In this document: positions 17,954 to 26,707 of the stretch, piece by piece | Position numbering within the stretch: position 1 is the stretch's first letter | Layout of the letters: each line of letters begins with the position of its first letter | Source: Desulfatiglandales bacterium | GTDB lineage: Bacteria > Desulfobacterota > DSM-4660 > Desulfatiglandales > HGW-15 | Length of the DNA: 64,000 nt | Assembly: GCA_963667015.2 (NCBI GenBank) | Contig: CAXXJJ010000001.1 | Span: 160,001 to 224,000 of the forward strand | Reading direction: 5' to 3' | Program-made: the position numbers and the translations under genes | The notes under the pieces: model-generated | Database searches by the model: none | What the model saw: only the letters and a program-made list of their open reading frames with translations | Told to the model about the DNA's origin: nothing

Positions 17954-19366
17954 ATGAGCAAAGCAGAAACAGTAAAGATTGAAGACATTATCCTGGATTA
18001 TTCTATCTATCCCAGAAACAGCATAGATCACAAACGGGTCTCAATGTTTGAAGAAAATATGAGAGATGGTTTCGAGTTTGACCCAATTCATTTACAGGCG
18101 CACCCTGATGAACCGGGCAAATACCGCATTCTGGATGGCGCTCACAGGTTTCAGGCATATAAAAGTATCGGTGAAAAAGATGTTTGTGCAGAGATTATAA
18201 ACCTAAATGGAAAGTCCCCCCTGCTCTATGCCGCACAAAAGGCCATAGGTCCGAGGCAGCTCAATGATGATGAAGCCAGAATAACTGCGAGACGTGCATA
18301 TCTGGAAAATCCGAAACTTAGTTCGGAAGAGATAGGTAAAGATGTCGGACGATCAAGACAGACTGTTGATGGTTATATCTCCGATCTGAGGGCAACGAAT
18401 CTGGCTAAAACCGATTTAAAGATATTTCATATGACAAAATTAGGTCTGCCCCAGGAAAGAATTGCAAATATTCTCTCAACTCCAAGAAAAACTGTTAATA
18501 ACCATTTGGCCAAAATGCCGATACTGGCAAAATGGCCAAATAGCGATCTTGAAGCCGGGTTCACTGTTCCTCAGGTCGCCGAAAAGCACGGCTGGCCTGA
18601 ACCTCTGGTCTGGGCGCTTAAACTCGAAGGAAAAGATGACATGACCAGATACCAGAAATTACAGTGGGGAATCAGGACCTGGGATGACTGGAAATGGACC
18701 GATTGTGATAAAAGATTCGGAAATGAATGGCCCGGAAGGATACCTGCACAACTTGTTGCTCACATTCTTTATTTTTTCTCCGGACAGAATGATCTTGTAT
18801 TTGATCCAATGGCAGGCGGAGGGGTAGTGGCTGATACATGCCTGGCATTCAATCGACGCTGCTGGAGTTTCGATATGGTGGATAGAATGGATGAGCGGCC
18901 GGAGATAGAACAACATTTCTGGGACAGGCATAATCTCAAATGGCCGGTCAACGGAAAGACAAAACCGGACCTTATAATATTTGATCCGCCTTACTTCAGT
19001 AAAAAGGCAAAGGAATACGAAGAGGAAAGCATATCGAATCTTTCAAAGGAAGATTACCTGGACTTTCTGGAAAGGTTCTTTAGATTAGCCCATGAGAATA
19101 GTAAAAAAGATACAAGGCTTGCCATGATAAACGCGGACTGGAGGGATTTTCAGGGCACACCTGCAATGGATGAAGTGAGGAAGAATTCCATCCTTATAAA
19201 TGACTATCTTAATGTAATGGCAAAATCAGGCTGGGAAGAAATCCATATCATGTGGGCTCCAATGTCATCGGAGAGGTTTCATGCGGGTGTTGTGGCTTCT
19301 ATGCAGAAAAAGAAGATACTGGGTGTTACGAATCGCTACGTCATCGTAGCTAGAAAAGCAGGCTGA
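17954..19366 (+). CDS. ParB-N / HTH / DNA amino-methyltransferase fusion protein
   Basis: ParB-like ILDGAHRF, two HTH-like segments (GRSRQTVDGY; QERIANILSTPRKTV), MTase motif I VFDPMAGGG and motif IV DPPY. Confidence 0.82.
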   Translation: MSKAETVKIEDIILDYSIYPRNSIDHKRVSMFEENMRDGFEFDPIHLQAHPDEPGKYRILDGAHRFQAYKSIGEKDVCAEIINLNGKSPLLYAAQKAIGPRQLNDDEARITARRAYLENPKLSSEEIGKDVGRSRQTVDGYISDLRATNLAKTDLKIFHMTKLGLPQERIANILSTPRKTVNNHLAKMPILAKWPNSDLEAGFTVPQVAEKHGWPEPLVWALKLEGKDDMTRYQKLQWGIRTWDDWKWTDCDKRFGNEWPGRIPAQLVAHILYFFSGQNDLVFDPMAGGGVVADTCLAFNRRCWSFDMVDRMDERPEIEQHFWDRHNLKWPVNGKTKPDLIIFDPPYFSKKAKEYEEESISNLSKEDYLDFLERFFRLAHENSKKDTRLAMINADWRDFQGTPAMDEVRKNSILINDYLNVMAKSGWEEIHIMWAPMSSERFHAGVVASMQKKKILGVTNRYVIVARKAG

Positions 19367-19457
19367 CGAAAAACAGACTGAAGGGGTTTAGGCTATAGGC
19401 TGTAGCAAATGCAATATAAAAACTAACAGCCTTCAGTCTAAAAAGCTTCAGCCTGTC
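19353..19457. repeat. Right copy of the 28-bp direct repeat plus AGACTGA-type palindromic element
   Basis: GAAAAGCAGGCTGACGAAAAACAGACTG followed by AAGGGGTTTAGGCTATAGGCTG...CTAACAGCCTTCAGTCT...CTTCAGCCTG. Confidence 0.7.
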
Positions 19458-19459
19458 TT

Positions 19460-20260
19460 TTAACTCTCCCTGTATCCCCCAGGTACCGGCACACCATCAA
19501 CATAAACCCTGTTCCGGTCATCAAATGCAAACCTTCCTTCTGCTATCATCTCTATTGTCTTAGGAAAAATAACCCAGTCGCCCTTTTCCTTTAGTTTTTC
19601 CTGGTGTTCATCAACCACCCTGTTCAGAAGATCCTTATCTTTTTTAAGGGAATCAATGGGCCCGGGCAGGTTTACTTCAACCGGGTCCGAGACCATGAGG
19701 AGCGGGCCGGTGTCAACGCCCTGATCCGTCCACAGGGTTGAAGCCCTGAGACTCGTCTCCCCGTCTACTATGGCGTCCAGTACCGCATGGTCACCCGTAT
19801 ATTTCCTTTTGTTATCAGATGTTAAAACGGAAAGATCTGCAGGATGAACATTAACGCATCTTTCGATTGTTGTCACACTCATATATCCGCCCAGGGCGAT
19901 CAGGTTGATATCAAATGCATCAACAAGGGTTTGTGCAATCCTGTCATATTTTCTCCTGGTCTCAAGGCCCTCAGGAGAAGCAACTGTCCTGCCTGCTCCG
20001 CGAATGCTGTGAAATTTGCGTATATCATAACTGAAATATGGCAGCCCGTTTTCAAGGGCGATTTTTTCTCCCTGACATTTACCGTCTGACCTGTCGCTGA
20101 ATATGAATACAACATGAAAGGGAGATTTTCCCTTCTCTCTGATCAGCTCATTTTCCCTTTTTAAAAGCATCCTTATATTGCTTCCGGAGCCTGACATAAA
20201 GGCTGCGACCTTCATAGGTCCTTCATTCTGTTCAGGGTTATAAAAGGGCTTAAGATCCAT
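19460..20260 (-). CDS. Formyltransferase (PurN-like phosphoribosylglycinamide formyltransferase)
   Basis: FMSGSGSN, LGGYM, NVHPADL and VDTGP motifs. Confidence 0.75.
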   Translation of the reverse strand: MDLKPFYNPEQNEGPMKVAAFMSGSGSNIRMLLKRENELIREKGKSPFHVVFIFSDRSDGKCQGEKIALENGLPYFSYDIRKFHSIRGAGRTVASPEGLETRRKYDRIAQTLVDAFDINLIALGGYMSVTTIERCVNVHPADLSVLTSDNKRKYTGDHAVLDAIVDGETSLRASTLWTDQGVDTGPLLMVSDPVEVNLPGPIDSLKKDKDLLNRVVDEHQEKLKEKGDWVIFPKTIEMIAEGRFAFDDRNRVYVDGVPVPGGYRES

Positions 20261-20465
20261 GGCATACCTCATTTCATTTTGTGGACAGGCCTGAAGCCAT
20301 CCGATTTTATTAAACATTTTGACATTAAAGCCAAAGTATTAATATATTGTTTCTTTTTCTTTATCAACCCCGTTTAAGTCACTTTATATTTATTAAAAAA
20401 AAGCTATAATGGGCGAAATTTTCAGGCGTACACAATTTTTAAAATTAATGTTAATAAGAAGATAA

Positions 20466-21266
20466 ATGTATCTAGATTACTGGCGATTCAAAAAATTCCC
20501 ATTTGAAAATGTGCCTGATCCGGACTTTTTCTATCTCTCAAACTCTCATGAAGAGGGGCTCACACGATTTATTTATGCTGCCCGGATGAGAAAAGGCAGT
20601 GCCATGCTGTCCGGTGAGATAGGATGCGGTAAAACAACCCTTTCAATGCTCTTTGTCAGGGACCTCCCTGAAGACAAGTATGATATAGGAATAGTCATAA
20701 ACCCCAAACTTGATTCCAATGAGTTCATCCAGGAAATTTTATATCAGTTCGGCATCCCGGAAATCCCTGATTCAAAGGTAAAATGCCTGAGACTGCTCAA
20801 TGAAAAAATGCTGGCAAATCTGGATGCCGGTAAGGAAACACTCCTGATAATTGATGAGGCGCAGCTGCTCGATGAATCAACCTTTGAAGATCTGAGGCTG
20901 CTGCTCAATTTCCAGCTGAACAACAGGTTTCTAATGACCATAATTCTTATAGGTCAGCCTGAACTGGTACGCAAGGTGAAAAACATAGAACAGCTGGATC
21001 AAAGAATCGCAATAAAATACCACCTTACACCCTTTGATTTTAAAGAGACTGAGAGGTATATTGTCTTCAGACAGCAGAAGGCAGGAGGGAGAGACAATGT
21101 TTTCTCTGATGAGGCAATAGAAAAAATATTTGAACACACAGGGGGTGTTCCAAGAAAAATTAACAACCTGTGTGATCTGTCTCTTTTGATAGGCTCCAGC
21201 GCAGGGGAAAATATAATAAATAAAAAAATTGTGGAGAGAATAATCAGCGATGGTGCGATTTTCTGA
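20466..21266 (+). CDS. ExeA/GspA-family AAA ATPase (short form, no C-terminal PG-binding domain)
   Basis: PFENVPDPDFFY, GEIGCGKTT, IIDEAQ, LIGQPEL and TGGVPRKINNLCD motifs. Confidence 0.88.
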   Translation: MYLDYWRFKKFPFENVPDPDFFYLSNSHEEGLTRFIYAARMRKGSAMLSGEIGCGKTTLSMLFVRDLPEDKYDIGIVINPKLDSNEFIQEILYQFGIPEIPDSKVKCLRLLNEKMLANLDAGKETLLIIDEAQLLDESTFEDLRLLLNFQLNNRFLMTIILIGQPELVRKVKNIEQLDQRIAIKYHLTPFDFKETERYIVFRQQKAGGRDNVFSDEAIEKIFEHTGGVPRKINNLCDLSLLIGSSAGENIINKKIVERIISDGAIF

Positions 21267-22323
21267 CATAATAAAGACAAAGGGTAAAAAGGGTGAGACA
21301 GGAAAGCCGCCCGAACCTGCAAAGCAGGGAAAGGGTTTCAGGCTTAGTGATTCCTGGTTTTTCAAATCCCGCAACCTGGATACCCTTTCTCCTAAAAAGG
21401 TCCTGAGAAGAGCAAGCTCCTTCGAGGCTGAGAGCTTTTACCACTCCTTTGTAGACAGGGCCAGGGAAACAGGCCAGTGGGTAAAAAATGATATGCAGAT
21501 CAGCCCCTCTCCGATCCTTTCCGATCTGCACGCGGTTGTGGAGAAGGATCTCATTGACAGTCTCTATAAATATGTCATGTCAGTAAAAAATGAGGCGGAG
21601 GATATATTTACCCATACTGTGGATGTTACATTCACATCACTCAAGATAGGAAAGGGCATGAATTATGACATCAAGATGATGTTAAAACTTGGTCTTGCCG
21701 CTTTTCTGGAAAATGTGGGGATGTATAAAATTCCGGAAGATATTCTTTCAGTCAAAGGAAAATTATCGGAAAGTGATCTCACGCTCATCAGAAAACATCC
21801 TGAAACCAGTTATGATCTTCTGATGACTCTTGGCGACAGATATACATGGCTTGCTGAAGCGGCTCTCAGTACACATGAGAGAGCTGATGGTTCGGGATAT
21901 CCCTCCGGATTAAAGGAGGCTGAAATTCCTGAACTCTCAGCAGTTATCGGGCTTGCCGATATCTACTGCGCCATGATCAGGAACAGACCTTACAGAGATA
22001 AGTTCACCCGGACAGATGCAGTAAATTCCATAATACAGGCAGACAGATGGAAATTTCCTTCGAAGATCCTGAAGATTTTTTTAAAACAGATCTCACTGTT
22101 TCCCGTTAACTCATGGGTAAAACTCAACAATGGCCAGATAGGGAGGGTCCTGTTTACTGACAGGCGTCACCCCCTTAGCCCTGTGATTGAAATATTATAT
22201 AACGATAAACAGGAAAAACTGGATGAAAGGAAGGAGATATCCCTGACAGATGATCCCTTATTGTATATAGAGGGCTGGATTGACCCGGATGAACTGGTAC
22301 AGGAAGGAGGTCCTATTGAGTAA
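21250..22323 (+). CDS. HD-GYP domain protein with degenerate active site
   Basis: AAFLENVGM in place of LHDIGK; THERADGSGYPSGL; DIYCAMIRNRPYR. Confidence 0.8.
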   Translation: MVRFSDIIKTKGKKGETGKPPEPAKQGKGFRLSDSWFFKSRNLDTLSPKKVLRRASSFEAESFYHSFVDRARETGQWVKNDMQISPSPILSDLHAVVEKDLIDSLYKYVMSVKNEAEDIFTHTVDVTFTSLKIGKGMNYDIKMMLKLGLAAFLENVGMYKIPEDILSVKGKLSESDLTLIRKHPETSYDLLMTLGDRYTWLAEAALSTHERADGSGYPSGLKEAEIPELSAVIGLADIYCAMIRNRPYRDKFTRTDAVNSIIQADRWKFPSKILKIFLKQISLFPVNSWVKLNNGQIGRVLFTDRRHPLSPVIEILYNDKQEKLDERKEISLTDDPLLYIEGWIDPDELVQEGGPIE

Positions 22324-24997
22324 GCTCAACCTGATTATTGCGAGATTGTGGCGAATCGTAGAAAAAAGAAGGCGCATGATTATTTACACAGCGGCCGTGC
22401 TGCTTATTTTAAGTGCCGCCTATTCCGCCCGGAAGATCTTCTCCCCTCTCTACAAATCCACATGCAGCATTAAGTTTGAAAAAGAGGCTGCTGTTGGGGG
22501 CCTTTTTTCAAAGATATTATCATCGCCCGAGGCTGATGATATAGAGACACAACAGGTGATAATTACAAGTTATGACCTGCTGGTCGAGGTTGCAGGAAAT
22601 CTTTCATTATTACCCCGGGCAGGATCAATAAATGCGCCGGAAGTGTATGCTGTTATTGGTGACCTGAGATCAAAGGTAACCTTTGAAAAGGAAGATGCCT
22701 CAAATATAATCCATATAAGTGTAACAGACAAAGACCCCGCCTTTGCACAGAAACTGGCAAATGAACTGGCAGAGACCTACATCAGGCAGCAGTCCGGGCA
22801 ACAGCAAAGCCGCCTGAAAGAGGTTATTAAATATATTGAAGAGCAGCTGAAAACAACAAAAGAAAACCTTGAAAAATCAGAGGAACAGTTAAACCGCTTC
22901 AGCCAGGATAACCAGATTATATTAATCGATCACCAGAGTGGAAATCTTCTTTTACGTAAAAAGGAACTGGAAGACGCGATTCGTATTGAAAAAGATTCTG
23001 GGGAAAAAGACAAACTTGAACAGAATATCCAGGAAGTTGATTCAAAAATCAATGACCTGATGGATAAGCAGCTAGAATTTAACCGGCTGAAAAAAGAGGT
23101 TGATGATTCCGGAAGCATGGCCTCCTTTCTTGAAGAAAAAAAACAGGATGCCATGATCAGGCTTGCTGAAAAACCGAACGTGGTCGAGATTGTAAAACGG
23201 GCACAGCTTCCATCCGAACCTGTTAATCCGCCGGACATTGTGAAGACATGCCTGGCAGGATTGATTGCAGGGGCTCTCCTTGGACTGATATTAGCCCTGT
23301 TATCAGAGATCTTTTCGGGTCAGGTCAGACTTATTGATGAAATTGAAAAAAACCTCGGGCTCAAGGTTCTTGGAGTTATTCCTCAGACATTCAGGAAAAA
23401 AGTAATTGAGGGTCTCAAGAAAGAACCGGATGAGTCAGCCGGCAGAATGTATATCAACCTGGTATCACATTTTGCCCCGAAAACCATGATCTCGGAGAGT
23501 GTCAGGGCACTGAGGACCAATGTCCTGATTGCCGGAGGGCATGAAAAGGCAAAGACAATAGTTATTACGAGCAGTTATCCCCGGGAAGGCAAGTCTATGG
23601 TTTCGGCCAACCTGGCAATTAGCCTTGCTCAGGCAGGTTTAAAGACGCTCCTTGTGGAGGCAGACTTTAGAAGTCCTGTACTGGGTAGTATATTTTCCAT
23701 AGAAGATGGTCAGGGCCTGACAGAGATTCTCCTCGGTTACTGCCCCTGGGAGGATGCCCTGAATACTGTTACCGACATGATCATGGGGCAAATGACCATG
23801 GACGATCTTATGCTGACTCCCGGCTTTGATAACCTGAATATTATAACGAGCGGTTCAATTCCCGCCAATCCTGCCGAGCTGATCAATTCTCAGCGGTTTA
23901 TCGAGTTTATTGAAGAGGTTAAAGAAGAGTATGACATTATCGTCCTTGACTCTGCCCCGGTTCTTACCACTGCTGATACAGCAATCCTGGGAGTTCAGGT
24001 AGACGCACTTCTTGTTGTATACAGGCCCGAACTGGTATCCCGGGAAGTGCTGAAAAGAACATCCGATCAGCTTAAGCAGGCAAAATGTAATATACTGGGT
24101 GTTATCCTTAATGGTGTTAAGGCTGAGCTTATTCCTGACGCCCTTAGAAATAAATACTCCCGGAGAAATACTGCCAGTGCTTTAGCCGTGAAACAGGAAA
24201 CAACAGCAGCGGTAAATAAAAAGAAAAACAGGATAAGTAAGGCAATCATCTCCCTTGCAGTAATAATACTGATAGCATCAGGAATATTGTGGCAGACGGG
24301 AATTATTTTCCCTGAAAATAATTCACTCCCGGAATCTGACATAAGTATGAGTCAGGAAATCCCTGAAAAAATCGAACCTGTAGAAAAAGAGACATTGCCT
24401 GAGAAAGAAGAAAACACATTTGAAGGCGAAAATATTTCGGTTGACGAAGAAATAGAGAAAGAGTCTCCTTCTCCGGCAGTCGAATCAATAGAAACAGCGG
24501 AAGAGAAAAAGAGCGCACCGGAAGAGGTCATACCCGAATACAGGGAAGGAAGTTATCCATACTCTGTTTATCTTGGTTCCTATAAAACTATGGAAAGGGC
24601 AGAAACTGCTGTCCGCATATATGCCGACAGGGGGATCGACTCATATCCCGTGAAACTGGATTTTGCTGAAAAGGGCATATGGTACAGAGTCTATTCCGGC
24701 TATTACCCTGATGCGGAGAGCGCCAGGATATTTATAGAAGAAAATGATATAGAGGACGCTGAGGTAAAAAAGACCGCATATGCATGTTATATTGGCAGCT
24801 TTACTGATGATGAAGCACTTCAGAACACCATGAATCTTCTGACGCAAAAAAAATATTTTCCCTATGTCATAACAACAGACCATACTGACAATGTTCGTTT
24901 CCTCTTTGCCGGTGGATTTTACTCCGGAAATGATGCAGATAATTTGAGTAAAGAGTTAAGCGGGGATAGCATTGAGAACAGGGTGGTGGAACGGTAA
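22316..24997 (+). CDS. Wzc/GumC-like chain-length determinant-tyrosine kinase fused to C-terminal SPOR domains
   Basis: TM-coiled coil-TM, Walker A SSYPREGKS, EADFRSP, Walker B IIVLDSAP, third TM, acidic linker, two SPOR-like repeats (YSVYLGSY...WYRVYSG; CYIGSF...FAGGF); TTG start after AGGAGG. Confidence 0.78.
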   Translation: MSKLNLIIARLWRIVEKRRRMIIYTAAVLLILSAAYSARKIFSPLYKSTCSIKFEKEAAVGGLFSKILSSPEADDIETQQVIITSYDLLVEVAGNLSLLPRAGSINAPEVYAVIGDLRSKVTFEKEDASNIIHISVTDKDPAFAQKLANELAETYIRQQSGQQQSRLKEVIKYIEEQLKTTKENLEKSEEQLNRFSQDNQIILIDHQSGNLLLRKKELEDAIRIEKDSGEKDKLEQNIQEVDSKINDLMDKQLEFNRLKKEVDDSGSMASFLEEKKQDAMIRLAEKPNVVEIVKRAQLPSEPVNPPDIVKTCLAGLIAGALLGLILALLSEIFSGQVRLIDEIEKNLGLKVLGVIPQTFRKKVIEGLKKEPDESAGRMYINLVSHFAPKTMISESVRALRTNVLIAGGHEKAKTIVITSSYPREGKSMVSANLAISLAQAGLKTLLVEADFRSPVLGSIFSIEDGQGLTEILLGYCPWEDALNTVTDMIMGQMTMDDLMLTPGFDNLNIITSGSIPANPAELINSQRFIEFIEEVKEEYDIIVLDSAPVLTTADTAILGVQVDALLVVYRPELVSREVLKRTSDQLKQAKCNILGVILNGVKAELIPDALRNKYSRRNTASALAVKQETTAAVNKKKNRISKAIISLAVIILIASGILWQTGIIFPENNSLPESDISMSQEIPEKIEPVEKETLPEKEENTFEGENISVDEEIEKESPSPAVESIETAEEKKSAPEEVIPEYREGSYPYSVYLGSYKTMERAETAVRIYADRGIDSYPVKLDFAEKGIWYRVYSGYYPDAESARIFIEENDIEDAEVKKTAYACYIGSFTDDEALQNTMNLLTQKKYFPYVITTDHTDNVRFLFAGGFYSGNDADNLSKELSGDSIENRVVER

Positions 24998-25003
24998 CAA
25001 ACG

Positions 25004-25087
25004 AAGGGTTCAAGGTTTCAAGGGGTCGAGTGAAAGACTCAATGCTTCAACAAACAAACACCTGAACCCTCGGCCCCTCGAACCCTT
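25004..25087. repeat. Palindromic GGGTTCAA-type repeat between convergent genes
   Basis: AAGGGTTCAAGGTTTCAAGGGGTCGAGTG pairs with CACCTGAACCCTCGGCCCCTCGAACCCTT. Confidence 0.65.
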
Positions 25088-25094
25088 TCTTTTC

Positions 25095-26084
25095 TTACTT
25101 CTCCTCAACCTCCAGCCCAAGCTGCTTTATCATTTCCAGGTCATCATCAAGTGATCTGCCGTCAGTGGTCAGATAGTTACCGGTCATTGTCCCGCTGGCA
25201 CCTGCATAAAAAATGAGAGGATGCAGCTCCTTAAGATTCTTCTCTCTACCGCCGCAGATAATAATCTGCTTATGTGGCAGGAAATACCTGAAAAAGGCAG
25301 TTATCTTAAGGCATTTTGACGGGGAAAGCGTATGAACTGTCCCGTAGGGCGTCCCCTTTATGGGTACTAAAAAATTGATCGGAACAGCATCAACATCCAG
25401 CGCCTTTATATCAAGGGCTATCTCAAGTATCTGCTCGTCTGTCTCACCAACACCGAATATGCCTCCGACACATATTTCCATGCCCTGATTTTTCGCTGCC
25501 CTTATTGTATCGATTCTCTCATCATAGGTGTGTGTGGTGCATACCTCTTTAAAAAGACTCCGGCTTGTCTCAAGGTTGTGATGATACCTGGTTATGCCTG
25601 CATCCTTAAGAAGCTTTAGTTCTTCATCCTTTAGAATACCAAGGGAGACACATTTTTTTATCTTTGTATCATCAAGCTCTCTCATGGCATCCGCAACCGC
25701 CTCTACATCTTTGCGCGGGAGCCCTCTGCCCGTGGTAACTATTGAGTACCTGTTTATGGGTTTGTCCTGGGAAAACAGTCCGCCCTTCAGCAGTTCTTCC
25801 TTTTCAAGGATGGGATATACCGGGGCCTCGGTTTTGGAAAAGGAAGACTGAGAGCAGAACTTACAGTCCTCCGAACATTTTCCGGATTTGCCGTTGCATA
25901 TTGTACAGAGATGAATCTTTCTTCCGAAATAATTTTCTCTCAGCATACCTGCACCGGTAAGGATGCCCGGAAGATCGGCGTCAGGCGCCGACAGGATTTC
26001 CAGATATACCGAATTATCCGGAAGATCGCCTTCCAGCACCTCTTCTGCCAGATCAATATAGTATTTGCTGTTTTTCATAATCAT
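25095..26084 (-). CDS. bioB: Biotin synthase
   Basis: Radical SAM CSEDCKFC, YHHNLETS, VPINFL, GNYLTT. Confidence 0.95.
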   Translation of the reverse strand: MIMKNSKYYIDLAEEVLEGDLPDNSVYLEILSAPDADLPGILTGAGMLRENYFGRKIHLCTICNGKSGKCSEDCKFCSQSSFSKTEAPVYPILEKEELLKGGLFSQDKPINRYSIVTTGRGLPRKDVEAVADAMRELDDTKIKKCVSLGILKDEELKLLKDAGITRYHHNLETSRSLFKEVCTTHTYDERIDTIRAAKNQGMEICVGGIFGVGETDEQILEIALDIKALDVDAVPINFLVPIKGTPYGTVHTLSPSKCLKITAFFRYFLPHKQIIICGGREKNLKELHPLIFYAGASGTMTGNYLTTDGRSLDDDLEMIKQLGLEVEEK

Positions 26085-26707
26085 TATCCAAAGTGCTTTC
26101 TGAAGCCCTCTTTCAGGCTTTCAGGACTAATATCTTCAATGTTTTCAATTTCGGCAATCACCTTCACTTTACCAAAGGCCTCGATTGCATCACGGTTGCT
26201 GCGGCTCCTGGGTCCGTTCATTACAACACCAAGGATTTCTATCCCGTCAATTCTAAGCTGATTGACTGTTAAAAGTGTATGGTTGATTGTTCCGAGACCG
26301 CTTCTCGCTACAATAAGTGCAGGGGCATTGAACCTTTTTATAAGATCTATCATCAGTTCCCTTTCATTAAGGGGAACCAGCAGGCCTCCGGCACCTTCTA
26401 TTATTAATGTTTCATCATCCCCTGTTTCAGGAATTTTAAAATCATTCAGCTCAATACGGACGCCGTCCGCCTCGGCAGAGGCATGTGGTGACAGGGGCTG
26501 TTTGAGCCTGTAGGTTTCCGGAAAAAAGCGAGAATCATCAAGCCCTGTTTTTTCTTTGACCCAGTCCGTATCGGTAATATCCTCAAGTCCGCTCTGAACC
26601 GGCTTCCAGTATTTTGCCTCAAGACCCGTAAGAAGCATTGCAGATACAAGTGTTTTACCTATGCCAGTGTCTGTCCCTGTAATAAATATCCTGCCCGGAA
26701 ATATCAT
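26084..26707 (-). CDS. bioD: Dethiobiotin synthetase
   Basis: FITGTDTGIGKT, WKPVQSG, IEGAGG, LGTINHT. Confidence 0.95.
   Translation of the reverse strand: MIFPGRIFITGTDTGIGKTLVSAMLLTGLEAKYWKPVQSGLEDITDTDWVKEKTGLDDSRFFPETYRLKQPLSPHASAEADGVRIELNDFKIPETGDDETLIIEGAGGLLVPLNERELMIDLIKRFNAPALIVARSGLGTINHTLLTVNQLRIDGIEILGVVMNGPRSRSNRDAIEAFGKVKVIAEIENIEDISPESLKEGFRKHFG

Noticed and set aside
11500..19460. CRISPR array or prophage interpretation of the repeats/island
   Set aside because: There are no regularly spaced repeat-spacer units, cas genes or phage structural genes.
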